A model generated the notes under the pieces. It was not told the DNA's origin and ran no database searches. It saw only the letters and a program-made list of their open reading frames with translations. From the human T2T-CHM13v2.0 reference genome, Homo sapiens: a stretch of DNA of 64,000 bases. A program made the position numbers and the translations under genes. The DNA is taken from assembly GCF_009914755.1 (NCBI RefSeq), contig NC_060934.1; one strand, written 5' to 3'. This document shows, in pieces, positions 13,772 to 30,974 of the stretch (the first letter of the stretch is position 1; each line of letters starts with the position of its first letter).

Positions 13772-13902
13772 ACCACTTATGTCTCTAGTGTTCCATTATT
13801 GGAATGCTGAGCACATGGGAGTTATTTATATATAACTACTCAATTCATTGCCAAGGTCTGATTGCAAAAATTCAAAAAATTGCAACCTCAGGCGTAAAAG
13901 GG
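13772..13902 (+). mobile_element. MER85 piggyBac MITE (PGBD3-derived)
   Basis: ctagtgttccattattggaatgctgagcacatgggagttatttata...gccaaggtctgattgcaaaaattcaaaaaattgcaacctcaggcgtaaaaggg follows the recalled MER85 consensus end to end. Confidence 0.9.
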
Positions 13903-16900
13903 CACACATGCTAAAAGTGAGGAGATGGGAAAATATATTACATTCAAAGAGTAAGCAAAAGAGAGCAGTGGTGACTATAGTTAGACAAAATAGGCTTTAA
14001 GTAAACATTTGTTACAAGAGAAAATGATGGTTATTATATAATAATAAGAGGGTCAATTTATCAACAGGATATAACAATTGTAAATATAGGTGGAGCTAAA
14101 CATGTAAAACAAATATTAATACAATTAAAGGGGGAAGAAACAACCATACAATAGTAGGGAAATTCAATACCCTATTTCGAACAATGGATAGATCATCCAG
14201 ATGAATATCAATACTAAAAGTGCAAAGTTGAATAAATCAACTGATTTTAACAGACGTATACAAACACTCATCCAACAGCACCAGAACACACATTCTCCTC
14301 AAATGCACAGGCACATTCTCTAGGACAGGTCATATGCTTGGCCACAAAACAAGTCTGAACCAATTTAAGAAGATAGAAATAGTATCAAATATCATTTCCA
14401 ACCATGATGGTATGAAATTAAATATCCATAACAGGAGGAAAATTTGAAAATTCATAAATATGTGAAAATTAAGCAATACACTTCTGAACAACAAATGGGC
14501 CATAAAATAAATCAAAAAAGAAATAAAAATATCTTGAGACAAATGAAAATGGAAAGATGCACACACACACACACAAATTATGAGATGTACAAAAAGCAGT
14601 TTCAAGAAGGAAGTTTGTAGCAAGAAATTATACATTAAACAAAGAAAGATCTCAAATAAATAACATTATACTTCAAGGAGCTAAAAATAGGAGAATAACA
14701 CCAAAGTTGGCAGAAGGAAGGAAACAATGAAGATTGGAGCAAAAATAAATTAGAGACTAGAAAAACAATAGAAAATAATGAAATTAAGAGTTGATTTTAT
14801 GAAAAGAAACAAAATTGAAAAATCTGCAGCTAGATTAACTGAGAAAAAGAGAGAACACCCAAATAAAATTATAAATGAAGAAGACGTTATGATTGATACA
14901 ACATAAACACAAAGGATCATAAAAGGTTACTATGAACAAATAAAAGCCAAAAAATTGTATAACCCAGAAGAAATTTATAAATTCCTAGAAACAACCTGGC
15001 ATTGAACCATGACAAAATAAAAAATCTGAAAAAGTCAATAGTGAGATTATTGAATTAGTAATAACAAATCTTCTGAGAAATAAAAGCCCAGGAACAGATG
15101 ACCTCACAACGAAATTATGCTAAACAGTTAAAGAAAAAATAACAATCATTTTCAAACTCTTCCAAAAAATTGAATAGGTTGTATTTTCAAACTCTTTCTA
15201 CAAGACCAGAATTACCTTGATACCAAAGACAGAAAAGGATACCAAAAGAAAATGAAATTACAGGCCAATATCCCCGATTGAACAGAGATACAAAATTTCT
15301 CTACAAAATACTAACACTCTGAGTTCAACAGCGTATTGAAAGAACCATATACTATGAAGTGAGATATATTTCTGGGTTGCAAGGATGTTTTAACATATGC
15401 AAATTTATAAATATGGTATACCACATAAATAGAAAAAAGGACAAAATAACATGATTATCTCAATAGATACAGAAAACTAATTTGAGAAAATTTAACATTC
15501 TTTCATGATAAATACTCTCAATAAATGAAGTAGAGAAAGAATGTGTCTTAATATCACAAGGGCCATATATGACAAGCTCACAGCTAAAATCACACTCAAA
15601 GGTTTTAAAACCTTTTTCTAACTAAGATCAGGAACAAAACAAGGATGCCCACTGTCCCCATTTCTATTGAATGTAGTACTAGAATTCCTAGCCAGAGAAA
15701 TTAGCAAGAAAAAATAAACAATTCAAATTGCAGAGAAAGTAGGTAAATTGTTTGCTGATGACATGATCTTGCACACAGGCATATCTTGTTTTATTGCATT
15801 TTGCTTTATTATGCTTAACAGATTTTTTTACGAACTGGAAATTTGTGACAATGTTGTGTCAAACAAGTTTATTGGCACCATTATTTTAACAACATGTGCT
15901 CAATTTGCATCTGTGTTCCATATTTTGGTAATTCTTGCAATATTTCAAACTTTTTCATTATTACTATGTCCATTGTGGTAATCTATGATCAGTGACCTTT
16001 GATGTTACTATTTCAATTGTTTTGAGGCACTGAGAGTTGCATTCATATAAGTTAGTGACCTTAATGCATAAATGGTGTGTGTGTTCTGACTCATCACTGA
16101 CTGGTCCATTCCCCCACCTCTCTCCCTCTCCTCAAACCTCCATATTCTTTGAGAGACACAAATATGGAAATTAAGCCAATTAGTAACCCTATGATGGCTT
16201 CTAAACGCTGAAGTGAAAGTGAAAATCTCATATCTCTCACTTTCAAACAAAAGCTAGAAATAAGTAAGATTAGTGAGGAAGGCATGGCAAAAGCCAAGAT
16301 AGACTCAAAACTAACTAGGGTTCTTGTGCCAATGTTAGCCAAGTTGTGAATGCAAAGGAAAAGATCCTGAAGGAAATTAAAAGGGCTTCTCCAGTGAAGA
16401 CATACATGAAAAGAAAGTATAGCAGCCTGATTGCTAATTTTAAGAAAGTTTGAGTGGTCTGGATAGATCAAACCAGCTACAATATTCCCTTAAGCCAAAG
16501 CTTAATCTAGAGCAAGGCCTTAACTTTCCTCAAGTCTATGAATGCTGAGGGAGGTGAGGATGCTGCAGGAGAAAAGTTTGAAACTAGCAGAGATTGGAGA
16601 AGTTTAAGAATCCATCCCCATAACATAAAAGTGCATGATGAAGCAGCAAGTGCTGATGTAGAATCTGCAGCAAATTATCCTGAAAATCTAAGATCATTGA
16701 TGAAGGTGGCTACACTAAACAATAGATTTTCAAAGTAGACGAAACAGCCTTCTATTGGAAGAATAGGCCATCAAGGACTTTCATAGTTAGTGAGGAGAAG
16801 TCAATGCCTGTCTTCAAAGCTTCAAAGGACAGCCTGATTCATTTGTTAGGGGATAAGGCAGCTGGTTGCTTTAAGTTGAAGTGGTTGTTCATCTATGATT

Positions 16901-17477
16901 CCAAAAATTGTAGGGCACTTAAGAGTTAGGCTAAATCTACTCTGCTTGTGCTTTATAACAAAGCTTGGATGACAGCACATTTGTTTACAAAATGGTTTGC
17001 TGAATATCTTAAGCTCACTGTCACGATGTATTGCTCAGAGAGAGAGAGAAAAAAAACAATTTCTTTCAAAATAGTACAATTCATTGGCAATGCACCTAAT
17101 CACCCAAGAGTTCTAATGGAGATGTACAGGAGATTGATGTTTTCGTGCCTGCTAACCACAGTATCCATTCAGTAGCTGATGGATCAGGGACTAAATTTGA
17201 TTTTCAAGTCTTATAATTTAACTACTGCATTTTGTAAGGTTATAGCTGCCATCAATACTAATTCCTCTAGTGGATCTGGGTAAAGTAAATTGAAAACCTT
17301 CTGAAAAAATTCATCATTCTACATGCCATACAGAACATTTGTGACTCATGGGAGGAGGCAAAATAATCAATATTAACAGGAATTTTGAAGAACTTGATCT
17401 TGACCCACATGATTGATCTAGAAAGTTTGAAGACTTCAGTGAAGGAAGTAACTACACATGTGGTAGAAATAGCAGTA

Positions 17478-17596
17478 GAACTTGTGTTGTTTGGTTTTCT
17501 GTCCTTGTGATAGTTTGCTCACAACAATGGTTTCCAGCTGCATCCATGTCCCTGCCAAAGACATGAACTCATCTTTTTTTATGGCTGCATAGTATT
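17478..17596 (-). mobile_element. Tail-less internal L1PA fragment inside Tigger1
   Basis: tgtttggttttctgtccttgtgatagtttgct...catccatgtccctgccaaagacatgaactcatc...atggctgcatagtatt is the antisense L1PA ORF2-end region. Confidence 0.85.
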
Positions 17597-17709
17597 ACTT
17601 TACAATTAGAGGTGAAGCCTGAAGATGCAACAAAATTGTGAAAATTTCATGATAAACCTTGAACAGATGAGGAATTGCTTTTTATGAATGAGTAAAGACA
17701 GTGGTTTCC

Positions 17710-17900
17710 TTTTATCCTTTTTCTTTTTTTTTTAAAGACACAGGATCTTTTTCTGTCGCTCAGGCTGGTACGCAGTGTTACAATCATATGCTCAAGTGGT
17801 CCTGCTGCCTTAGCCTCTTGAGTAGCTAAGACTACAGCTACATGCCATCACAACTTTTCAAAAATACTGAAATTACAGGCTTAAGCCACCATGCTCAGCT
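17710..17900 (-). mobile_element. Internally deleted AluJ inside Tigger1
   Basis: Poly-T, then gctcaggctgg..., gccttagcctcttgagtagct and attacaggcttaagccaccatgctcagct. Degenerate TSD agacagtggtttc / agaaattggcttc. Confidence 0.75.
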
Positions 17901-20594
17901 GAGAAATTGGCTTCTTAAAATGAAATCTACACCTGGTAAAGATACTATGAACATTGTTGAAATGACAGTGAAAACCTCTAGAATGTTACATAAACTTAGT
18001 TGGTAAAGAAACTGCAGAGCTTGTGAGGATTGATTCCAAATTTGAAAGAAGTTCTGTGGTTAACATACTGACTAACATCAATCACATACTACAGAGAAAT
18101 CTTTCATGAAAGAAAGAGTCCATCAATGTGGCAACCTTCGTAGTTGTCCTAGTTTAAGAAAGGTCCACAGTCACCTCAGCCTTCAGCAACCACCACTCTG
18201 ATCAATCAGCAGCCATCAACATTGAGCAAGACCTTCTACCAGTAAAATTATTATAAAACTTGCTAAAATTGTTAGGAGTTTTTAGCAGTAAAGTATTTTT
18301 AAATTAAGGTATATATATTGTTTTATAGGCATGATGCTATTGCACACTTAACAGACTACAGTATAATATTTATGCAAATTTTTGTGCACTAGGAAACAAA
18401 AATATTTGTGTGCCTCACTTTACTGTGATATTCAATTTATTTAGGTGGTCTATAAATAAACCACATTATGTTCAAATTATATCCATATAGAAAATCCTAA
18501 GTACTCTACCAAAAAACTCTTAGAATGAATAAACAAACTGTTTAAATCTGCAGGAAAGAAAATTAGCATTTAAAAAATATGTTTCCTTTCTATGCATTAG
18601 CAATGAACTACCTAAAAAATTAAGAAAACAATCCCTTTTACAATAGCTTTACAAGCAATACTTCTTAGATATACATTTAACCAAATAGTAGAAATATATG
18701 TACACTGAAAAACTGCAAAACATTGATGAAAGAAGTTAAATCATACACAAATAAATGAAAAGGTATTCCATGTTCATGGACTGGAAGTATTAATATTGTT
18801 AATGTGTCCATACTACCAAAAGTGATTCATAGATACAATTCAATCCCTTTCTAATGACATTTTAATAGAAGTAGAAAAATAATCTAAAATTCATATGCAA
18901 CCATCAATGATTCCAAATAGCCAAAGCAATTTTGAGCAAGAAAAACAAAACTAGACATGACATTTCCTGATTTCAAATTATATTACGAATTTATAGTAAT
19001 TAAAACAATATTGGTATAAAAACAAACACATAGTTCAGTGAAACAGAATGGAGATCCCAGAAACACATCTATGCATATACAGTCAGCTAATTTTCAACAA
19101 AGGAGCAAAGAATACACAATGGAAAAAAGGTAATCTCTTCAATAAATAGTTGAGAAACTACATATCTACAATTTAAAAGAATGAAATTAAAACCTTATCT
19201 TACTACATACACAAAATTAACTCAAAATGAATCAAATACTTATACATTAGGCCTGAGAAGGTAAAGTTTCTAGTAGAGAACTTAGATAAAAACGTCCTTG
19301 ACATTGGTCTTGGCAATAATTTTTTTTTTGGTGTGACATCAAAGGCACAGTCAACAAAATAAAAAAATAAACAAGTGGGTCTGCATCAAATCAAAAATCT
19401 TCACAGCAAAGGAAACAATAAGAAAACTAAAAAGGCAACCTATGAGGAATTGAGTAAAATATTTGCAAACGTTTATCTGATAAGGACTTAATATTCAAAA
19501 TATACAGGGAACTCATGCAATTGAATAGCAAAAACAAACAAAAATACTCAATCTGATTATAAGGTGGGCATTAAAACTGAATAGGCATTTCTTCAAAGAT
19601 GGACAAGTGGTCAACAGGGATATGAAAAGGGGTTCAACATCACTAATCATTAGGGAAATGCAAATCAAAACCACAGTGAAATATCCATGTCTGCTGTGAT
19701 GGCTACTATTATAAATAACAACGAAAAGATAGCAAGTATCTGTGAGAATTGGAGAAAAGAAAATCCTTGTATACTATAATAGGAATGTAAAATAATGCAG
19801 TCATTACGGAAAACAGCATGGAGATTTCAAACAAATTAAAAATGGAACTACCACGTGATCCAACAGTTCCATTTCTGGGTATATAGTTAAAGGAATTAAA
19901 ATTAGAATCTAGAAGAAATATCTGCATTTCTTTGTTCATTACAGCATTATTCACAATAGTTGAGAATGGAAGCAAATTAAATGTTGATTAATGGATGAGT
20001 GGATAAGGAAAATGTGATATATACATACAATGGCATATCATTCAGCCTTAAAAAAACAAGGAAATCCTGCAATTTGCAACAATAGATGAACTTGAAGGAC
20101 ATTGTACTAAATGAAGTAAGCCAAACACAGAAAGACATATACTGTATGATTTCGCTTACATGTAGAATCTAAAGTAGTAAAACTCATAGTAGCAAAATAG
20201 AATAGTTCTTGCTAAGGGATGAGGGTGGAGGATAGGGGAAGGGGATGGTTAAAGCTTACAACATCTCAATTATGCAATATAAATAAATTATGGAAATTTA
20301 CTATACAGCATAATGTGATAAGTAATAATATTGTATTCTATACTTAAAATTTGGTGAGACTAGATCTTATGTTGTGTTCTTTCCTAAAAAACAAACAAAC
20401 ACACAAAAACAGTAATAATAATAAAGGGGTTGAGAGGAAACTTCTGTAAGTTATAGAAATGTTTATGGCCCTGGTGGTGATGATTACACTGCTGTATATG
20501 TAACTCCAAACTCAATGAGACATACGTATTAAATATGTACAGGTTTTTTATGTCACTTGTACCTCAGTAAAGTTGTTTTTTAAAAATAAATATA

Positions 20595-25486
<4,892 letters not shown>

Positions 25487-25719
25487 GATTTGCTGTCAGA
25501 TGCTGAAAAGTTTAAGATATTAAAAAGTATAAGGTGCTAAAAAAAAATAAAAAAAAATTAAAAAAAAGAAAACATTTTCCAACCAGATAAAAATATCTTT
25601 CTCTTTTGAGATGTTAGGCTTTTGCTATAAAAAACACATTAAAAATAATTTTTGTGTTACTACATTACCTATTAAAACAACTATGTTTTAATAAACATCA
25701 AAGAAAGCAAAAAAAAAAA
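25487..25719 (+). other. Two serial L1 3' transductions, each with its own poly-A signal and tail
   Basis: 52-nt segment (ATTAAA 25519) plus A-tail, then a ~140-nt segment (AATAAA 25690) plus A-tail, then TSD agaaaacttata (25719-25730, identical to 22132-22143). Confidence 0.85.
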
Positions 25720-26164
25720 GAAAACTTATAGTACATGTGTTAGTAACACATGAGGTAATGGGCATATTAGTGCAGTGTTGGTAGGAATAAAATTCTTAAA
25801 ATCTTTTAGAAATCTCTTTGACAAAATCTACTAAAGCTTAACTTTTCTATGCATTATGACCCAGCAATTCCATATCTAGGCATGTATCTAGCAGAAATGC
25901 ATACATACCTACATACAGGTAGACAATGAATAAGACATGAACAAAATTGTTCCCAGCAACATTAATTATAATAGCCCCAAAATGACAAAACCTAAATGTC
26001 CAGCAACAGTGGAATGGATGTTATATATATATGACATATACATCATATATATATTTGATAAAAATTCCTTATTTAAAAATGTGGAAAAAATCTAGGTGAC
26101 CCTGAGTTTGCCAATGCAGTTTTAAATATAACACCGAAAGCACTCCCCTTAAAGAAAAAAATAC

Positions 26165-26330
26165 TTATATACATGTTTAATAAACATATACGACATACAT
26201 ATTTAATAAATATACATGTTTAATAAACATGATATACATATTTAATTAATATAAACATTTAATGAGCATATACAATATACATGTTTAAAATATTTTAATA
26301 AACATATATGATATACATGTTTAATAGTCA
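26165..26330 (+). repeat. Imperfect AT-rich tandem repeat (atatacatgtttaataaacat-like units)
   Basis: Repeated acatgtttaataaacat / acatatttaataaat units read directly. Confidence 0.75.
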
Positions 26331-26476
26331 TGTATAAGCTTCTACTCATATAAAGTGTGAACAAAACACAAAAAGTAATCTATGGTGATGAAAGTCAGAA
26401 TAGTATTTTTGGAGGTATGGCGATGTGACTGGCCATGAGGAGGGCTTTTGAGATGCTGGTTATATGCACCTATATT

Positions 26477-26787
26477 AAGGGCTGGCAACTTTTTCTGTAA
26501 AGGATAAGATGGTAAATACTTGAGGCTTTACAGGTCATATGGTCTCTGTTGCAATAACTCAACTCTGCTCTTGTAATGTGAAAGTATCCATAGACAATAT
26601 ATTTTAAAATGAGTGTAACTAATTATGAACAGTAGAATATGAATTTCATATAGTTTTCATGTGAATTTTGTGGAATATAGAATTCCTTTCATGTTTTCCA
26701 ATCATTTAAAAATATAAAAATATTCTCAAATGGCAAGCTTACAAAAACAGATGGCAGGCCAGATTTGACCTCTGGGACGTAGTCTGT
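26477..26787 (+). mobile_element. MER58B-like hAT-Charlie element
   Basis: gggctggcaactttttctgtaaagg...gtctctgttgcaataactcaactctgc...ggcaggccagatttgacc. Confidence 0.85.
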
Positions 26788-28000
26788 ATTTTGAGCTAAT
26801 TTGTAGTTAAGTGAATGTGCTCTCTCTGTAATAATTATTCATTAAGCTGCAAACTTAAGATTGGTGTACCTTAGTGCTATTTATTATATTTTAATAAAAC
26901 TCTTTATTAAAATATGCTGAGAAAATCTAGGTGACCTTGGATTTGCCAACGGAGTTTTGAATGTAACACCAAAAGCATTATCCTTGAAGAAAAATATAGA
27001 TAAGCTGGACTTTATTAAAATTCAAAACTTCTGCTCTGTGAAAATCTCTATTAAAAGAATGAAAAGACATGCCACAGACTGAAAGAAAATATTTGCAAAA
27101 TATATTTTATAAAAACTTATGCCCAAAATATGTAAAGAGCTCTTAAGCACATTAGTATGAAAACAAACACCCCAATTAAAAAATAGATAAAATATCTGAA
27201 CAGACAGGGAATCAAAAAAGATATACAGATAGCAAAGTAGCAGATGAAAATATGATCAATATCATATGTCATTTGGGAATTGCAAATTGAAACAACAAGT
27301 TACCACTACACATCTATTAAAAATGACTAAAAATAAAACCAAAAGCCTGACAATATCAAATGCTGGGGAGGTTGTTGAACAACAGGAACTCTCATTCATT
27401 GATGCTGGGAATACAAAATGAGACAGCCATTTTAGAAAACGATTTGACAGATTCTCATAAAGCTAAATATAGTCTTGCTATATAATCTAGCAAGTACTCC
27501 TAGGCATTTACCTACTTGAAAGGGAAACTTGTGTCCACACAAAAACTTGCATAGAAAGTTTTATAGCAGCTTTGTTTATGACTGCCAAAAAACTGGAAGC
27601 AATGAAGATGTCCTTTAATAAGTGAATGGATGAACAGACTGTAGTACATCCATATAATAAAACACTATTTAGTGATAGAAAAATAATGAGCTATTAAGCC
27701 ATGCAAAAACATGGATGAATCTTTAATTCCTATTACTGAGAAAAAGAAGAAAGTCTGAAAAGGCCAAAACTGTCCATTAATAATGACATTCTAGCAAAGG
27801 CAAAATTCTAGAGATAGTAAACCAATCGGTGGCTGCTACTGATGCAGGGATGAAGCACAGGCGAATTAAAAGGATGGTGAGACTCTTCTGAAGATACCAC
27901 AAAGGTGGATCCATGACTCTATGCATTTGTCAAAACCCACAGAACTTTATAGAAAAATAATGATCTTTAAGGTATGCACACTTTATATGAAATTATTTAG

Positions 28001-28340
<340 letters not shown>

Positions 28341-28734
28341 AAGAATCTCACTTTATTACAAATAGATAAAACAACTTCACTGTAGGGAGTGGGGAAAAGT
28401 TCTTGACATAAGTAGCTTTGAAAAGGAGTGAATCCCAGAAGACTAAAGGAAAAAGGACCTCTACATGAGCATTGTATTCTAGTTGAAAAAAATTATTTTC
28501 CCTACAGTGGTACAGCTTAACAAATATGAAACTGTTCCACGCATATACTGGAATAGAACAATTAAATAACTGGATGGCAGATGGTGGAAATCAGTTTTTT
28601 TACTGTTGGAGGGGAAGGTTACAGATAAGCAATGGGAGAAGTCTGGAATGATCTACATAGTAATGGATCTGAGTTGGAAATATCAGCATGATGTGTGGCC
28701 TAATATTGATACATGTGGCTTCATATAGAAAAAT

Positions 28735-29055
28735 TATGGATTAGCATCCATGGATTCAATCAACTGTGCACCAAAAATATTTGGAAGAAAAAAAAATCCA
28801 TGATGTTCCAAAGAGCAAAACTTGGATTTGCCGCACTCCAAGTGCCATACTGAATCCACACAAATAAAGTGATATGTAGGCATTGTATTAGGTATTATAA
28901 GTAATATACAGATTACTTAAAATATATAGAAGAATGTGCATAAGTTATATACCAAAACTATACCATTTTATATTATAGTCTTAAGCATCTGTAGATATTG
29001 GTATCTGCGGGAGGTCCTGGGACCAATTCCGGCCATGGAAACTGAGGGATGACTG
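28735..29055. mobile_element. MER2 (MER2B-like) Tigger-family MITE
   Basis: gcatccatggattcaatcaact...gcattgtattaggtattataagtaat...actgagggatgactg followed by TA. Confidence 0.85.
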
Positions 29056-29464
29056 TATTTCCTTGTTCTACCAGCTGAGGGGGACAAAAAGACATGATAC
29101 TCCATCAGTAACAAGTGTAACCTAGGGCTTAGATCTTGTTTTTTAATATTATTGTTCAATGAAAAGGAGCAAGGGTTCTTAGAGAAATGTCTGATTCAAT
29201 GACTGGAATAGGAAACACACAAAATGAGCCTGGAGCATCTTATGGTGTCAGAAAATAAGAATGCTAAGAACAAACAAACAAACAGGAAACCCCACAATGA
29301 TGGTGGTGTGTTGAACAGACACAGAAGCCAACTGAAAGAGTTCCCAATCGTCAGTGCTGTATGTAACAATTTGAGCAAGAAAATAAAGTAGTATTGGATT
29401 ACATTCCAAAGTGTAAACTAAACATCTATGATTCCATAGATGATAGGGGAGATTATTTAATATA

Positions 29465-29796
29465 CACTCATGTGGCACATAATGACACTTTGGTCAACAA
29501 CATACCACAAATATGACAAGTGGTCTCATAAGATCATAATACTGTATTTTTACTGTGTCTTTTCTATGTTTATAAATCTTGAGATACACCAATACTTATC
29601 ACTATTTTGTAATCACCTATAGTACTCAGTACAGTAACATGCTGTCCAGATTTGTAGCTTACGAGCAATAGGTATACCATGTATCCTAGGTTTATAGTAG
29701 GCTATACCACCTATGTTTGTGTAAGTACAGCCTATGAAGTGTGCACAGTGGAGATACGGCCTAATAATGCATTTCTCAGAATGTTTCCCTGTTGTT
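29465..29796 (+). mobile_element. Tigger3a / MER7A-like element
   Basis: TA followed by cactcatgtggcacataatgac...cagtacagtaacatgctgt...gcatttctcagaatgtttccctgttgtt. Confidence 0.85.
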
Positions 29797-30662
29797 GTAC
29801 TCCACCTTAAAGGAGGTAGAACATAAAGATTGCGCTTTGCACAGTGACTTCCTCCCAAACAATGCGGTGTGGAAAGAATGAAGGAGAGTAACTGTCCTGT
29901 GGAGAAACCTGTAAAACACTACTTCAGCCATGTTATCAATATAAACATCAACAGCGATTAGCTTTGGCCATAGTATGTATTCTTCATCCCTTGATATGAT
30001 CTGATGAGAATGGCATTTCACCTCTGTGGTCTCCCTCCCCAAAATACATAAGTCAGGTTATTCATGAGGGAAACATCACACAAACTCCATCTGAGCAGCA
30101 TTCTACAAAATACCTGAATACTACTCCTCAAAACTGTCAAGGTCACCAAAAATGAAGAAATTCTGAGAAAATGTCAGAGCCAAGAGGAGCCTGAGGAGGC
30201 ATAACAACTCAATGTAATGTGGTAACCAGAATGAGATCCTGTAACCAAAAGGGACACTAGGCAAAATCTCAGAAAATTAAGGTATATGGAAACTCTGTAT
30301 TATCTTCATATTTTTTCTTTAATCTATAACTATTCTATTTTTTTAAAGTTTGTTAGAAGATTGTCTTAAGTTTACTGTAGTTACTTATGCTTCCAAGTAA
30401 GTTTTGGAAACTGCCACTAGAAGTGTTCTGGATCAAATTATGGCTCCAGTGTGTATTCTATCATTTACTTTTCCCCCCACATTTTGGCTCATTTCAGTAT
30501 CTTCTTTACACTGAGAGAATATACAGGAAAATGGCCCATGGTTACATGATGCGAAAGTACCTCACAGTATTCTATTACCTCAATTATTGTATAGTTCTAC
30601 CTGACTATTATAGTAATAGTGACCATTTTTTTCTCTGTCCTATAAATAATCATGGTAACCAC

Positions 30663-30974
30663 ATTTTGTTTTGTTTTGTTTGAGACAGGGTCTCATTCTG
30701 TCACCCAGGCTGGAGTGTAGTAGTGTGACCTCCGCTCACTGTAGCCTTGACCTCGTGGATTCAAGCGATCCTCCCATCTCAGCCTCCTGAGTAGCTGGGA
30801 CTGCAGACGTGCACCACAACACCTGGCTAATATTTTTGTATTTTTTTTTTTTTTGCAGAAATGGGGTTTTGCCACGTTGCCCAGGCTGGTCTCAAACTCC
30901 TGAGGCTCACGTGACCCTCCCTCTTTGGCCCCCCAAAGTGCTGGGATTACATGCATGAACCACCGTGTCAAGCC
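30663..30974 (-). mobile_element. AluJ
   Basis: gagacagggtctc, agccttgacctc, caagcgatcctccc are J diagnostics. ccacatt on both flanks. Confidence 0.93.

Larger units (their letters stand above)
15776..18485 (+). mobile_element. Tigger1 DNA transposon (TcMar-Tigger), near full length, decayed transposase
   Basis: Starts caggcatatcttgttttattgc. Transposase remnants KFETSR (ORF 16538) and YNKAWMTAHLFTKWFAEYLK (ORF 16948). Degenerate right TIR followed by TA. Confidence 0.92.
12335..20590 (+). mobile_element. Near full-length L1MB1-like LINE-1 (ORF1, ORF2, 3' UTR), interrupted by MER85 and Tigger1
   Basis: ORF1 remnant ADFSAETLQARVDWDNIFKGLK (ORF 12788-13048). Endonuclease and RT remnants, with FADDMI at about 15751. 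3' UTR ends aaatatgtacaggttttttatgtcacttgtacctcagtaaag. Many stops and frameshifts. Confidence 0.85.
25731..26900 (+). mobile_element. Ancient L1ME 3' end, interrupted by an AT-rich repeat and MER58
   Basis: tatgacccagcaattcc, aaatgtccagcaacagtggaatggat, aatctatggtgatgaaagtcagaatagt. Terminal ttaataaaa. Confidence 0.7.

Noticed and set aside
16094-17175. Domesticated Tigger/CENP-B-like transposase gene
   Set aside because: The transposase is broken by frameshifts, stops and two insertions.
26165-26330. Spaced repeats resembling a CRISPR array (also 48170-48217 and 5965-6001)
   Set aside because: Eukaryotic slippage repeats without unique spacers or cas genes.
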